Virus record (IMG/VR): IMGVR_UViG_3300020045_002296
Location: 10,974-74,973 of that record
Strand: one strand, 5' to 3'
Length of the DNA stretch: 64,000 nt
Source: a virus
Taxonomy: Duplodnaviria; Caudoviricetes
In this document: positions 9,098 through 19,037 of the stretch, in pieces
Position numbering within the stretch: position 1 is the first letter of the stretch
Layout of the letters: each line of letters opens with the position of its first letter
Notes under the pieces: generated by a model
The model's input: only the letters and a program-made list of their open reading frames with translations
What the model was told of the DNA's origin: nothing
The model's database searches: none
Program-made: the position numbers and the translations under genes

Positions 9098-10021
9098 ATG
9101 ACAGATAAACAACCAGCTAAAGTAAAAGCTACTAAAAAATTAACTGAAATCTCCTTCGAGCACGAAGGGGCTGCAATTGCTCTTGTAAGTGCTTCTCAAG
9201 GTGGGCCGGCGAACGGCAAGAGTAAGACTCTACAGCTTAAAGCTACCAGCGGTTTCTCAAAGGAAACTATCCAGAAAGCACAGCAGATTCAAGTAACGTT
9301 AGATATTCCAGAGTTCCTCCAGAAGTTCTTTGGATTGTACTACACGGATTCACAAGTACTAGCTCAACTGATGGGTTATGTACCCCCAGTTGACACTGTA
9401 GACCCTTGGGATAACACCAGCTACATCGACGAACAAGTAGCTTCATTTACTATTTTAAAGAGTATGCAAAAAGGTAATCATGTTACTCAACTAGCTTCTC
9501 TAAGTGAAACTGATTATTTGCAGTTTCTAGAAGATCAGGCAATGCTTGAAGGGGTAATGAAGCAAGTAGATGCTATTAAGGCTCCTACAAAGCAAGTTGC
9601 TAAGAAATCTAAATCTAAAGGAGAACCAATGACTCAAGAAGTCGAAGATAACAAAAGTGAACTCGTTCAAGTGCAGAAAGCTCTAGACGCACAAAAGGTT
9701 GAACTGCAGAAGGCTCTTGATCTTATCACTAAGTTCAAAGAAGCTGAAGTACAAGCTGTAGTTAAGGCTAAGACTGACAAGGTACAAGCTGTAGTTAAGA
9801 ACAAAGAACATCAAGAGATTATAGCTAAGGCTTGTCTTGAATTGAAGTCAGAGGATGATTTTGATGCTTTCCTATCGGCTATTCAAACGATGCAAGCTGG
9901 AGTAACTTCTAGCGAGATGTTCGTTGAGAAGGGTTTGCAGAGTTCTGTTGATAAGCCTGCTGCTACACCAGCAGACAAGGTAATGGCGGTAGTTAAAGCA
10001 CGTATCGCTGCTGGTAAGTAA
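9098..10021 (+). CDS. Head scaffold protein
   Basis: EISFEHEGAAIALV N-terminal domain plus coiled-coil C-terminus, located before decoration and capsid genes; start reassigned to ATG 9098 (AGGA RBS). Confidence 0.65.
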   Translation: MTDKQPAKVKATKKLTEISFEHEGAAIALVSASQGGPANGKSKTLQLKATSGFSKETIQKAQQIQVTLDIPEFLQKFFGLYYTDSQVLAQLMGYVPPVDTVDPWDNTSYIDEQVASFTILKSMQKGNHVTQLASLSETDYLQFLEDQAMLEGVMKQVDAIKAPTKQVAKKSKSKGEPMTQEVEDNKSELVQVQKALDAQKVELQKALDLITKFKEAEVQAVVKAKTDKVQAVVKNKEHQEIIAKACLELKSEDDFDAFLSAIQTMQAGVTSSEMFVEKGLQSSVDKPAATPADKVMAVVKARIAAGK

Positions 10022-10045
10022 TTCGATTTATAAAGGAAATTAAAT

Positions 10046-10459
10046 ATGGCTATCGTAACCTCTGTGACTTACCCTGTGAAATACAGTGATGTAGTTAAAT
10101 ATGAACAAATGCCTGAGTTTGCATGGTGCCGTGAGCGAGTAGTTGCTCTGGAAGGTTCTGCAATGACTTACGCTATTGGCACAGTTTTAGGTGTCATTAC
10201 GGCATCCGGTAAATATCGTAAGCAAGATGCTGCTAGTACTGATGGTTCTGAAGTTGCTGCTGCTGTAGTTGCTGAAGATAAAGCAATCGCAGCTACTACC
10301 GATACCTCTGTTTTAGCTTTTGTACGTGGTGACATGATCCTTAATAAAGCTCTACTGGTTGTTGGCGCTGGCACTGATACTGCGCCAGAACTTGCTGCTG
10401 TTTATGCTTCTCTAGCAGCTAAACGTATTCTCGTGAATGATGGTTTGGCTATCGCCTAA
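10046..10459 (+). CDS. Head decoration protein (lambda gpD-like)
   Basis: GTVLG..T.SGKY....A..DGSE.A.AV pattern; immediately upstream of the capsid gene. Confidence 0.8.
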   Translation: MAIVTSVTYPVKYSDVVKYEQMPEFAWCRERVVALEGSAMTYAIGTVLGVITASGKYRKQDAASTDGSEVAAAVVAEDKAIAATTDTSVLAFVRGDMILNKALLVVGAGTDTAPELAAVYASLAAKRILVNDGLAIA

Positions 10460-10535
10460 TCTAGTTACAAACAATAAACAACAGAGAGATTAAGTTCTCT
10501 CTCTCTAATTAATAAGTAATATTTAAAGGACAAAC

Positions 10536-11552
10536 ATGACCATTACACGTGATTTTACCGACCCAAATAAAGTAGTTGAATTTACAACCGCAGTAAATTT
10601 AATTCCGAACACCTACGGTTTGCTTAACGAAAAAGGACTATTCTCTAACGAGTACATCTCTCAAAATACACTACAGTTTGAATCCATTGGTGCAGCTATC
10701 AGTGTTATCCCTGATAAGTTCCGTGGCACCCGTCATAATGTTAACAAACAACCCGGTGGCAAGATGCTGACGTATTCTAGCACATTCCACCCATTAGATG
10801 ATGCCCTGTTTGCTTCTGAGCTTCAAGGTGTTCGCCGATTTGGTACAGCGGATCAACCTGATGTTGAGTCTGAGCGTATCGCTAAGAAACTTGAAAGCAT
10901 TCGTCGTTCGCATTCAGCTACTCTAGAAACTGCTCGTTGGTATACCCTTACCACAGGTGCCCAGTATGCACCTAATGCTACCCAAGCTGCTAATTTCTAC
11001 ACTGACTTTGGACTGAGTCGAGTTGAAAAGGATTTGGTTCTTGGTACTTCTACCACCGAAGTAAACCAAATTGTACAAGAAGCATGCGCTTCAATTCAAG
11101 ATACAATGCTCACTGGTGAAGTTATCAACGGCTTTACCGTGTACTGTTCTCCAGCTTTCTTCGCCAAGTTGACTAAACATGCTAAGGTTGTAAGTGCATT
11201 TACTTACTACTCCAGTACACAAGAGCCTCTTCGCCAAGGTTTCCGTTCAGGTAAGTACCAGCGTTTTGAATACGGCGGTGTAACTTACATTGAAGTACGT
11301 GGTGGTTACAACGGTCAGCTATTCATTCCATCTGGGGATGCATACATGGTTGCAGAAGGCACTACTGACGTGTTCAAGACTTACTTCACACCGGCAGCTC
11401 GCTTCGATACAATTAATACTGTAGCAGAAGAAGTTTACGTTTGGATGTTCAAGAACCAGAGTAACACCGAGATCACTGTTCAATCTGAATCTTCATTCGT
11501 TAACGTAATGACCCGCCCACAGGCTGTTGTACGTTTATTCTCCAGCAACTAA
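10536..11552 (+). CDS. Major capsid protein (lambda gpE-like family)
   Basis: 338 aa; FTTAVNLIPNTYG...IPSGDAYMVAEG...SESSFVNVMTRPQAV. Confidence 0.85.
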   Translation: MTITRDFTDPNKVVEFTTAVNLIPNTYGLLNEKGLFSNEYISQNTLQFESIGAAISVIPDKFRGTRHNVNKQPGGKMLTYSSTFHPLDDALFASELQGVRRFGTADQPDVESERIAKKLESIRRSHSATLETARWYTLTTGAQYAPNATQAANFYTDFGLSRVEKDLVLGTSTTEVNQIVQEACASIQDTMLTGEVINGFTVYCSPAFFAKLTKHAKVVSAFTYYSSTQEPLRQGFRSGKYQRFEYGGVTYIEVRGGYNGQLFIPSGDAYMVAEGTTDVFKTYFTPAARFDTINTVAEEVYVWMFKNQSNTEITVQSESSFVNVMTRPQAVVRLFSSN

Positions 11553-11560
11553 TGTAAACG

Positions 11561-11578
11561 GACTCTACTGAGTCCTTA
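11561..11578 (+). terminator. Hairpin after the capsid gene (possible terminator)
   Basis: GGACTC-TACT-GAGTCC followed by TTATATT. Confidence 0.4.
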
Positions 11579-11699
11579 TATTGTATAGCATTCTCACAAG
11601 GAGTGCTATATGCTATAATACAGATTAAGCTAGGGGGCACCCGAAAAGATGATTATCCACCATCCTGCTTATTTCTTTTAGTGGATGTTTCGGGAGAAT

Positions 11700-12543
11700 A
11701 TGGAAAAGAAATACTATGTGTACATTCACAGTAGAAAAGATAACCAAGTAGTTGTTTATGTAGGTAGCGGAACTTCAGACAGATATTTGCAAATAAACAA
11801 TAGAAGTAATAAATGGAAAGAGTTCAATAAAAGTATAGAACTCGATAAGACTATTTACAAAAACTCTTTAACGAAAGAAGAAGCTCTTGTACTTGAACAG
11901 GAACTGATATTAAAGTTAAATCCTGAATTAAATATTATCAAGAACATTGCTGTGACTATTAAGCTATCTGAATTATGTCTAGATGAATATCTAGCTTATG
12001 ATGAAACAAGTCCTAGTTGCCTACGTTGGATAAAAACTATTTACTCTGGTTCTAATAAAGCATCACCAAAAACTAAAGCAGGAGATTGTGCTGGATTTTA
12101 AACTGTAAGAAAACTTGGAGAGTTGGATTTAAAAGTAAAGTATACTGCGCGCATAGAATTGTTCTATTACTTAACGGTGAAAATGTTGATGAGTTTGAAT
12201 GCGTAGATCATATTAATGGCGATCCTTCTGATAATAGACTTGTAAATCTTCGTAATGTAAGTCTAAGTTTAAACTCAAGAAATAGAAAGAACCCTCCAAG
12301 TAATACAGGGTATGCAGGTGTAATTAAAACTCGTATAGGCTATGGGAGAGGTTCTGAAAAATATAACGAATATTTCCTAGTAAGGTGGACTGACATTTCT
12401 CGTAAGAACGCACAAAGAAGTTTAATATAAAGCATTTTGATACGGAAGATTTGGCGCTTCAAACAGCCTGTGAATACAGAGCAAAGATGATCACAGAACT
12501 AAACCTCCAAGGCGCAGGTTATACCGAACGCCACGGAACCTAA
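11700..12543 (+). pseudogene. GIY-YIG / HNH / AP2 chimeric homing endonuclease with two frameshifts
   Basis: YYVYIH..VYVGSG N-terminus; AHRIV..VDHINGDPSDNRLVNL; third frame ACEYRAKMITELNLQGAGYTERHGT; breaks at T-runs 12096-99 and 12421-23. Confidence 0.75.
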
Positions 12544-12613
12544 GCAGTACTTAAGCTAATTCTACAAGGTATTCCAAGAGTGCCTTGTGTAATGAGACTT
12601 AACAGGAGCTACA

Positions 12614-13471
12614 TTGACAGAAGAACTGATTGACCTACCTAACGGTAGATACACCGATACAGAAATCACTATTGATACCCTAGGCCATGAAGTTATCCAC
12701 GGCCAAACCCCTGAGTTTGAGATTGCTAGAACTGGCTACTACAGAGGTAAAAGAGCTAACCTAGGCTACTCTCTTGCTCGTAGGTCCGGGTGGTTAGATA
12801 CCAGCAGTATCTGCGATGTTAGTAATTACCTAGATAATTCTCAAAGTTCAAACAATAAAGTCCTTGTAGGTACTACGTATTACATCAGAAGCTCTAGCTC
12901 ACAAGATGGTAATGGTGGTACTGGCATCAGAAGTATGAGGATTAACTCTCTAGATGCTCTAGGTAACAGAACAATCTCTACAGTAAGCCTAACAGGAACT
13001 ACAGCAGTATCCCTTGGGAATAACTTCAGTTTTATCCAGTACATGGAAAGTGAAACAGTAGGTTCATCAGATGGTGCAGTCGGTGATATTACTATCAGTA
13101 CTGTAACAGGAGCTCCCACTGTAGCTCAAACTGTAGAGAAGATTACTGTAGGTGATTCCAGAAGTATGTCTGGTAGAGTTAAAGTTCCAACAGGCTTCAG
13201 CATGTACTTACGTGGGTTCTACGCTAGTGCGTTCTCAGCAGCAATGGATGTTCGTATTCGTGGACAAGCTTTCACAGATGATCGTTCATTGTCTCAAGGA
13301 TTTCACTTCCAACAGAGTGCTTACTTAGCCAATGGGGCTAACTCTGACTTTGATTTTGAGTACTTGAAGTTTCCTTCTGGTGCTGAAATAAAGATCAGTG
13401 CTATTAGCTCACAAGCTGGAGCTGGTAACAGATGTGATGCTAACTTTCATTTTATTCTTCTTGAGAACTAA
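12614..13471 (+). CDS. Putative virion structural or accessory protein
   Basis: 285-aa beta-rich, Ser/Thr/Gly-rich ORF within the structural cluster. Confidence 0.5.
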   Translation: MTEELIDLPNGRYTDTEITIDTLGHEVIHGQTPEFEIARTGYYRGKRANLGYSLARRSGWLDTSSICDVSNYLDNSQSSNNKVLVGTTYYIRSSSSQDGNGGTGIRSMRINSLDALGNRTISTVSLTGTTAVSLGNNFSFIQYMESETVGSSDGAVGDITISTVTGAPTVAQTVEKITVGDSRSMSGRVKVPTGFSMYLRGFYASAFSAAMDVRIRGQAFTDDRSLSQGFHFQQSAYLANGANSDFDFEYLKFPSGAEIKISAISSQAGAGNRCDANFHFILLEN

Positions 13472-13578
13472 CCTGCTAAACAACAAATATAAACCACAAG
13501 TTAACCTAGGACGTAAACCTCAAGGTGTACTCCTAGATTGGATTGGTGGATTAAAACAAGAACAACTAAAGGAACTTA

Positions 13579-13986
13579 ATGGCTATAACACCGATTCAAG
13601 AAATCAGATTAGCAGTCGGTGATACAGACCCTGCACTTCCATTGTTAACCGATGAAGTATACACCTTTTATCTCACGAAGAACTCTAACAGTGTAGCTAG
13701 AGCTTCAATAGATGCTGCTAGAGCTATCTTGATGGTTCTAGCTCAGAGAACAGACGAGTCCGTTGATATCTTTAGCTTCAAAGGATCACGCGCTGCTGCA
13801 TCTTACATGGAAGCACTGAAGCTGTTTTTACGAGACCCTAGTTTGAATCCTTTGTACAACAACTGTGGTATGTACGCGAGTGGTATCTCTATAAGTGATA
13901 TCACTGCTAACAATGCTAATAGCGATAACGTAAGTTCAACTAATGTATTCAACAGTATGTACAGCAGTAACTTGGGAGCGTACTAA
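13579..13986 (+). CDS. Head-tail adaptor protein
   Basis: IRLAVGDTD...LLTDEVYTFYL motif; position after the capsid gene. Confidence 0.7.
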   Translation: MAITPIQEIRLAVGDTDPALPLLTDEVYTFYLTKNSNSVARASIDAARAILMVLAQRTDESVDIFSFKGSRAAASYMEALKLFLRDPSLNPLYNNCGMYASGISISDITANNANSDNVSSTNVFNSMYSSNLGAY

Positions 13987-14342
13987 TGTCTCCTGCTGAT
14001 ATTGCTACAGCTAGAGCTTTAGGTAAGCACGGACAAGACTGCACTTATACTTCCGTAACTCAGGGTACTTACGATATTGAAACTGGTGGTATCACAAATA
14101 CAACCACTGATTACACAGTAAGAACATACAAGAACCATATCAGAGCTACCCAGTATCACTACCCTAGTTTAATCGGTAAGGACTCAGCTTTGTTCTTGTT
14201 CGCTGGATTAGGTTTAGCTTTTACTCCGAAGGTAGAAGATTTGATTGCCTTAGCTGGTAAAACTTATAAAGTTAACTCAATCGAAGAACACGCAGCTTTC
14301 GGTACTTTAGCTCTGTATAAGATCGTAGGAGTAAATGGTTAA
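13986..14342 (+). CDS. Head closure / head-tail joining protein
   Basis: GTYDIETGG...; size and position. Confidence 0.6.
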   Translation: MSPADIATARALGKHGQDCTYTSVTQGTYDIETGGITNTTTDYTVRTYKNHIRATQYHYPSLIGKDSALFLFAGLGLAFTPKVEDLIALAGKTYKVNSIEEHAAFGTLALYKIVGVNG

Positions 14343-14830
14343 TGCTTCAAGCTGATACAAAGAACCTAGAAGCATCTCTGCAAGAATACAAGGAGTTACT
14401 TGAACAGAAGCTAAAGGACGTAGCTAGTGCATTTGCCTACAGAGTAGCTTCAGAAGCCATTGAAGCTACACCCTATGGAGATACAGCTAGATATGCTGAT
14501 TGGTATGAAAGACGTAACAAAGAAAAAGGCTACAGCATTCTCCCCGGTCTAGCTAAGGGTTCTTGGGTTCTTTCATTGAATAATCAAAGCACTAAAGGAG
14601 CTGTTTACTATGATACTCCAGAAGGTTCTGATGCTAAGAAAGCAGCTATGATAGGCACTCGTAATCTTAAGCTAGGTGATAGTATTATTATCAATAACTC
14701 CTTAGACTATATTGATAACTTAGATGCTGGTCAATCTTACCAAGCACCTCGAGGTATTCGTAAGCCAGCTCTTGAGCAAATCAAATCAGTTTACAAGATT
14801 GATATTCAAAGAGTACTCCGAGAGACATAA
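14342..14830 (+). CDS. Neck protein (HK97 gp10-like)
   Basis: TPYGD..GLAKGSW..NSLDYI..L..G.S.QAPRG pattern. Confidence 0.65.
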   Translation: MLQADTKNLEASLQEYKELLEQKLKDVASAFAYRVASEAIEATPYGDTARYADWYERRNKEKGYSILPGLAKGSWVLSLNNQSTKGAVYYDTPEGSDAKKAAMIGTRNLKLGDSIIINNSLDYIDNLDAGQSYQAPRGIRKPALEQIKSVYKIDIQRVLRET

Positions 14831-14847
14831 ACAATAAAGGAGACTGA

Positions 14848-15255
14848 ATGGCTTTAACAAAGATCAAGATTGCTCTTGAGAAACACCTAGCAGCTTTAAC
14901 ACCAGTACTTGCTACAGCAGTAGAGAACATTAAGTTCACACCTACTCAAGGGGTACCTTACCAAGACGTTCAGATCGTCCCTAGAGCCCCTGATAATCAA
15001 ACGCTAGGGGATAGGTACTACCGAGAGAATGGAGAGCTTCAAATCTTCTTGAGCTACCCTACAAACCAAGGTAGTTCACCAGCTCAAACAAGAGCAATCT
15101 TAACAAGAGATCACTTCAAGCGAGGTACTACTTTAACACAAGGGGGTGTTGATGTAGTTGTAATGGAAACTCCAAGCATTACATCTGGAAGTATCTTCAA
15201 CGATAGATACATCATTGGTGTATTCATTAAGTACTCTTGCGGTGTACTGAAGTAA
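14848..15255 (+). CDS. Tail terminator protein
   Basis: VENIKFTP...GELQIFLSYPTNQG...HFKRGT; position before tail tube. Confidence 0.65.
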   Translation: MALTKIKIALEKHLAALTPVLATAVENIKFTPTQGVPYQDVQIVPRAPDNQTLGDRYYRENGELQIFLSYPTNQGSSPAQTRAILTRDHFKRGTTLTQGGVDVVVMETPSITSGSIFNDRYIIGVFIKYSCGVLK

Positions 15256-15328
15256 GAACACGTTAGTGTGTACTGGTGTTACTGTGGGTTGATACACGTA
15301 ATATAAATTTAAAATAAAGGAAATACAA

Positions 15329-16543
15329 ATGACGATTGCTCAAGGTCTTAATAAAAAGATTATTATTAAAGAAGAAACTACTTGGGGTACACCAAGTGGC
15401 CCTTCTGGTGGTGAAGTACTTAGACGCGTAACTTCGACGGTAAATTTAACCAAAGAGGCGTATACCAGTTCTGAGATTCGTACAGATTACCAAACAGCAG
15501 ATAGTCGTCACGGTGTACGTGGTGTTACAGCATCACTGAATGGTGAACTGTCACCGGGCTCTTATTCTAAGCTATTTGCTGCTATGTACTGTAAAGACTT
15601 TGTTAGTGGTGTAACTTCAGCCACTGCTTCTTTGACTATTGCAACTAGTGGTTTGCAATGGACTGTAACCCGAGCCGCAAATAGTTACTTGACAGACGGT
15701 TTCAAGATTGGTGATGTTGTTCGTTTGACAACCGGGACACTCAATGCTGCTAACTTGAATAAGAACTTGGTTGTTACAGCCGTATCTGCTTTGGTTATCT
15801 CTGTTGTTCCGTTGAATGGCGTAGCACTTGTTGCAGAAGGGCCTATTACAGGTTGTTTGGTTGTAGCTCAAGGTAAAAAGACCATGATTCCACAAACCGG
15901 ACACTCCTCGAAGTCTTTTACGATTGAAGAATTCTACGGGGATATTTCTCAATCTCAAGTGTTTACAGGAAATAAGATTGGTAGTGCAAACGTACAATTA
16001 CCCGCAACGGGCCTTGTTACAGTCGATTTCGGAGCGACCGGACGTGACCTAGCACTTACAGGCACAACGCAATACTTTACATCACCTACAGCACAAGGAA
16101 CTTCTGGTGTGTTTGCTAGTGTGTCAGGTGTGATGCTTGTAGACGGAGTGCCTGTGGCAGTTGTAACGTCAATGAATGTAAATATGACCCGTACACTAAC
16201 TGCAGCTACCGTTGTGGGATCGAACTTGAACGCTGACGTATTTGCAGGGCGTATTGAAACATCAGGTAGTGCTACTGTGTACTTCCAAGATGCTGTATTC
16301 CGTAACTTGTTCGATAAAGAAAGTGAATTTAGTCTTGTAGTATCCCTTGCAACTTCTGGTAGCGCTGCTGCAGACTTTATTAGTATCACCATTCCACGCA
16401 CGAAGAGCAACAGTTTTAGTTTGACAGATGGCAACGAAGGTTTAAGTGCTACTATGGATTGGGTAGGTTTGCTTAACTCAACAGGTGGTACTGGAACATC
16501 GAGTGACCTCACGACTATCTCCATGATTGACTCACTCGCTTAA
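15329..16543 (+). CDS. Major tail tube protein
   Basis: IKEETTWGT...LRRVTSTVNLTK..YTSSEIR.D; 404 aa. Confidence 0.8.
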   Translation: MTIAQGLNKKIIIKEETTWGTPSGPSGGEVLRRVTSTVNLTKEAYTSSEIRTDYQTADSRHGVRGVTASLNGELSPGSYSKLFAAMYCKDFVSGVTSATASLTIATSGLQWTVTRAANSYLTDGFKIGDVVRLTTGTLNAANLNKNLVVTAVSALVISVVPLNGVALVAEGPITGCLVVAQGKKTMIPQTGHSSKSFTIEEFYGDISQSQVFTGNKIGSANVQLPATGLVTVDFGATGRDLALTGTTQYFTSPTAQGTSGVFASVSGVMLVDGVPVAVVTSMNVNMTRTLTAATVVGSNLNADVFAGRIETSGSATVYFQDAVFRNLFDKESEFSLVVSLATSGSAAADFISITIPRTKSNSFSLTDGNEGLSATMDWVGLLNSTGGTGTSSDLTTISMIDSLA

Positions 16544-16560
16544 GTATAGACGTAAATAAA

Positions 16561-16605
16561 CCCAGTAAGGGCATCGGATTACTCCTTTGTTCCTACTGGG
16601 TTTTG
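16561..16605 (+). terminator. Rho-independent terminator between convergent genes
   Basis: CCCAGTAAGG...CCTACTGGG followed by TTTTGTT. Confidence 0.6.
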
Positions 16606-17745
16606 TTATTTAGCTAATGACCAGCCTTTGCAAATTCCTGCTGGTATTTTACTGAACAAAGGTTTAATATGGAACCCGTATTTTTCTTTAAAATCTGATC
16701 TTCTACCCGAGAATAATTCTCCGCTTGTATGAATTAAATTATAGATATTAAAGTCAATGCGTAAAGATTGTATGTCTGTCCCTGTTATAACCCATCCTTT
16801 ATAGCTTTTACCTCCAGTTTTATTGCTAAACAAACTGCTTACATTTATACTATGGACACTTTCAATATCATTTCTTGTCCCTAGAAATACATCTCCAGTT
16901 AAAACATTTGTAAATGAATACTCATTCTTATCCGACCTACCATTTCCGAGTCCTGAATTATGGTTTAGTAATGAATATGCATCTGTGCCATTGAGTGTTT
17001 CTGTAAGACACCAATCATAAATTCTTTTATTAGCACTTTTACCAAATATTGACCCGATACGTATATTGTACTTTTCTTCAAATTCATACCGCTTACACTT
17101 TATTGCTTCAAGGGTTATAAGATTTGTAAAAGAGTATTCATTCTTATCGAGGAATGCATTAAGCGAATATTTACCACTGAACTTACAAAGTATTGCTTCT
17201 ATCTCATCACTTGTTAAAGTACCTTCTATAATCCAACCACTACAGGGTTTAATAGTGTTTAAATTTCTTGTTTGGTGGAATCTTAAACCGAAATGAGTAT
17301 TAAATTCATACCTAGTACCTTTGAAAGAGTTGTTAGTGTTTATATTAACAAAACTGTAGATAGTATCGTCATGTAGAGGGTGGTTAGCCCCTGAAACTCT
17401 GTCTGATAAGTTCTTCCTGTATTTCTTTGATGGAATCCAACCGCTTGTACCATCTCCGCCATCTGTGTGATTTACTAGGCAACCTGTACCATTATCAATC
17501 CTACCGTATCTTAGAATAAGCTCACACTCTAACTCGAAGGCATACCATTCTTGTATATCATTAACAACTATCTCAACAGTAAGTCCATGTTTAGCACTGG
17601 TGTTACGCCATAACTTTGACCTACTTACTGTTTTAGATGTAGCCCATGCCCGTTTACCCTTGCCCTTACCAACGTAGAACACCTCGCCGTTTGTTTTCTT
17701 ACGGTGAATATAAACATAATAGTTGTTATCCTTCTTCTTTTCCAT
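16606..17745 (-). CDS. GIY-YIG homing endonuclease with four tandem C-terminal DNA-binding repeats
   Basis: YYVYIHRKK..GEVFYVGKG..RAW N-terminus; four roughly 50-aa repeats Y.F.N..T...F.G.R..F...W. Confidence 0.85.
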   Translation of the reverse strand: MEKKKDNNYYVYIHRKKTNGEVFYVGKGKGKRAWATSKTVSRSKLWRNTSAKHGLTVEIVVNDIQEWYAFELECELILRYGRIDNGTGCLVNHTDGGDGTSGWIPSKKYRKNLSDRVSGANHPLHDDTIYSFVNINTNNSFKGTRYEFNTHFGLRFHQTRNLNTIKPCSGWIIEGTLTSDEIEAILCKFSGKYSLNAFLDKNEYSFTNLITLEAIKCKRYEFEEKYNIRIGSIFGKSANKRIYDWCLTETLNGTDAYSLLNHNSGLGNGRSDKNEYSFTNVLTGDVFLGTRNDIESVHSINVSSLFSNKTGGKSYKGWVITGTDIQSLRIDFNIYNLIHTSGELFSGRRSDFKEKYGFHIKPLFSKIPAGICKGWSLAK

Positions 17746-18243
17746 TTCAATCCTTAGTCCCTTAGATAAGACTCAGGAAGTACAAGGGCGGTACTTGTCA
17801 GTAGGTTAATTACTTCCTACCTATCCTTTATCTATTAATTATATTTCCTGTACTTAATTGATACTAACCTAAGTAATACTTAAGATTAAATCTTAGTACA
17901 GTATTCCCTAAGCAAACCAAAAGATAAAGTTCACCCTTTAGCACGCAGAGAGTACACAGCGTACCTTGCGAACCAAAGAGGAAAGTAACTTAAAGTTTAC
18001 TTAGGGTTTATTCCCTGAAGTCCTTAATCCATCAATTCACCTAAACCAAGGGGAACGAGTCCAGCCTAGCTTAAGCCTTTAACCTATGATGACCAACAGC
18101 TCATGCTGCTAGCGTTATTCGGTACTGAAGTATTCGAGAGATTTAGCTCGTAAAGTGCTTGCGCTTGTCTTGCTGAGACTTGATGAACAGCATGTGTGAG
18201 TAGAACTCCATCTACCCCTAAGACCTTTGTATCAGTTAACGCA

Positions 18244-18272
18244 AGTATATCACCCGTTGTCATCAAAGTCAA
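18244..18272 (-). promoter_or_regulatory. Leftward sigma70 promoter
   Basis: On the minus strand TTGACT-17 nt-TATACT. Confidence 0.6.
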
Positions 18273-18533
18273 TGAAATCTTTAAAATAACTTAAAGAAAG
18301 TTCATTTAGTAGATGCGCTCAACATTAAGCTGATCTAAAGGTTCACTAGTAACAGTGTAACGCACCAGAACAGCCTATAGTGCTTTATAAAGTACCAAAC
18401 AATGCAACCATAGCCTGACTACTGTATAGAGCCTTGTATGGCTTCCTATGCCTTTCTGTAGATATTCTTAATTCAAGAACTGAGAACTAGAGTATTTAAG
18501 ATGCTTATTTAAAAATATTTATCCTGTGTTTAC

Positions 18534-18562
18534 TTGCTTTCTGTGGTATACAGTGATATAAT
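18534..18562 (+). promoter_or_regulatory. Sigma70 promoter for tail chaperone and tape measure genes
   Basis: TTGCTT-17 nt-TATAAT with TG extension. Confidence 0.65.
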
Positions 18563-18605
18563 CCGTCTATCAACCCATTGATTAACATAAAGGAAAACTA
18601 TCACT

Positions 18606-19037
18606 ATGGCAAAACCAGCACAAGCAACTATTTTTAACTTCACTAAGAACTCTCTAAGCAAAATTGCTGAAGTAGGCTCTGATGTAAAAATCCTTCTTCC
18701 AGACGGTACAGACACTGGAGCAGTAATTAAAGTACGAGGTGATCAGTCACTAATTGTACGCTCATACGGTCGTAAGCTATTCCAAGAATACACATTGAAG
18801 AAACAAGCTGCACTGGCTCGTAAACGTGAACCAGAGGAACTGTCCTTGGAAGAAGCTGAAGAACTCCAGATTACCGCAGCAGTTACACGGACTATTTCTT
18901 GGAGTGGTATCGGTGGTGATGAAGGTGAGATTGCATTCAGTGAATCAGCGGCCCGTAAGCTTTACACTGATGAACCTTGGATCAAAGATCTTGTGATGGA
19001 AGCTGCGCAGGACTCCTTTCGCTTTTGCGGAAAGTGA
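18606..19037 (+). CDS. Tail assembly chaperone (G-like)
   Basis: 143 aa between tail tube and tape measure; DGTDTGAVIKVRG..S. Confidence 0.75.
   Translation: MAKPAQATIFNFTKNSLSKIAEVGSDVKILLPDGTDTGAVIKVRGDQSLIVRSYGRKLFQEYTLKKQAALARKREPEELSLEEAEELQITAAVTRTISWSGIGGDEGEIAFSESAARKLYTDEPWIKDLVMEAAQDSFRFCGK

Noticed and set aside
13398-13622. 74-aa ORF between virion genes
   Set aside because: GTG start lies inside the upstream gene and it overlaps both neighbours in other frames; no support
15617-16524. Long minus-strand ORFs opposite tail tube (and similar ones opposite TerL, TMP, primase, PolA and RNR)
   Set aside because: Antisense shadows of strongly supported plus-strand genes; no RBS or motifs
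18084-18272. 62-aa minus-strand ORF in the intergenic region
   Set aside because: Its 5' end coincides with the -35/-10 boxes of the leftward promoter, so it could not be transcribed from it; no RBS
19028-19034. Lambda-like -1 slippery site C GGA AAG in the tail chaperone
   Set aside because: The -1 frame stops after about 8 codons; the long downstream frame is +1
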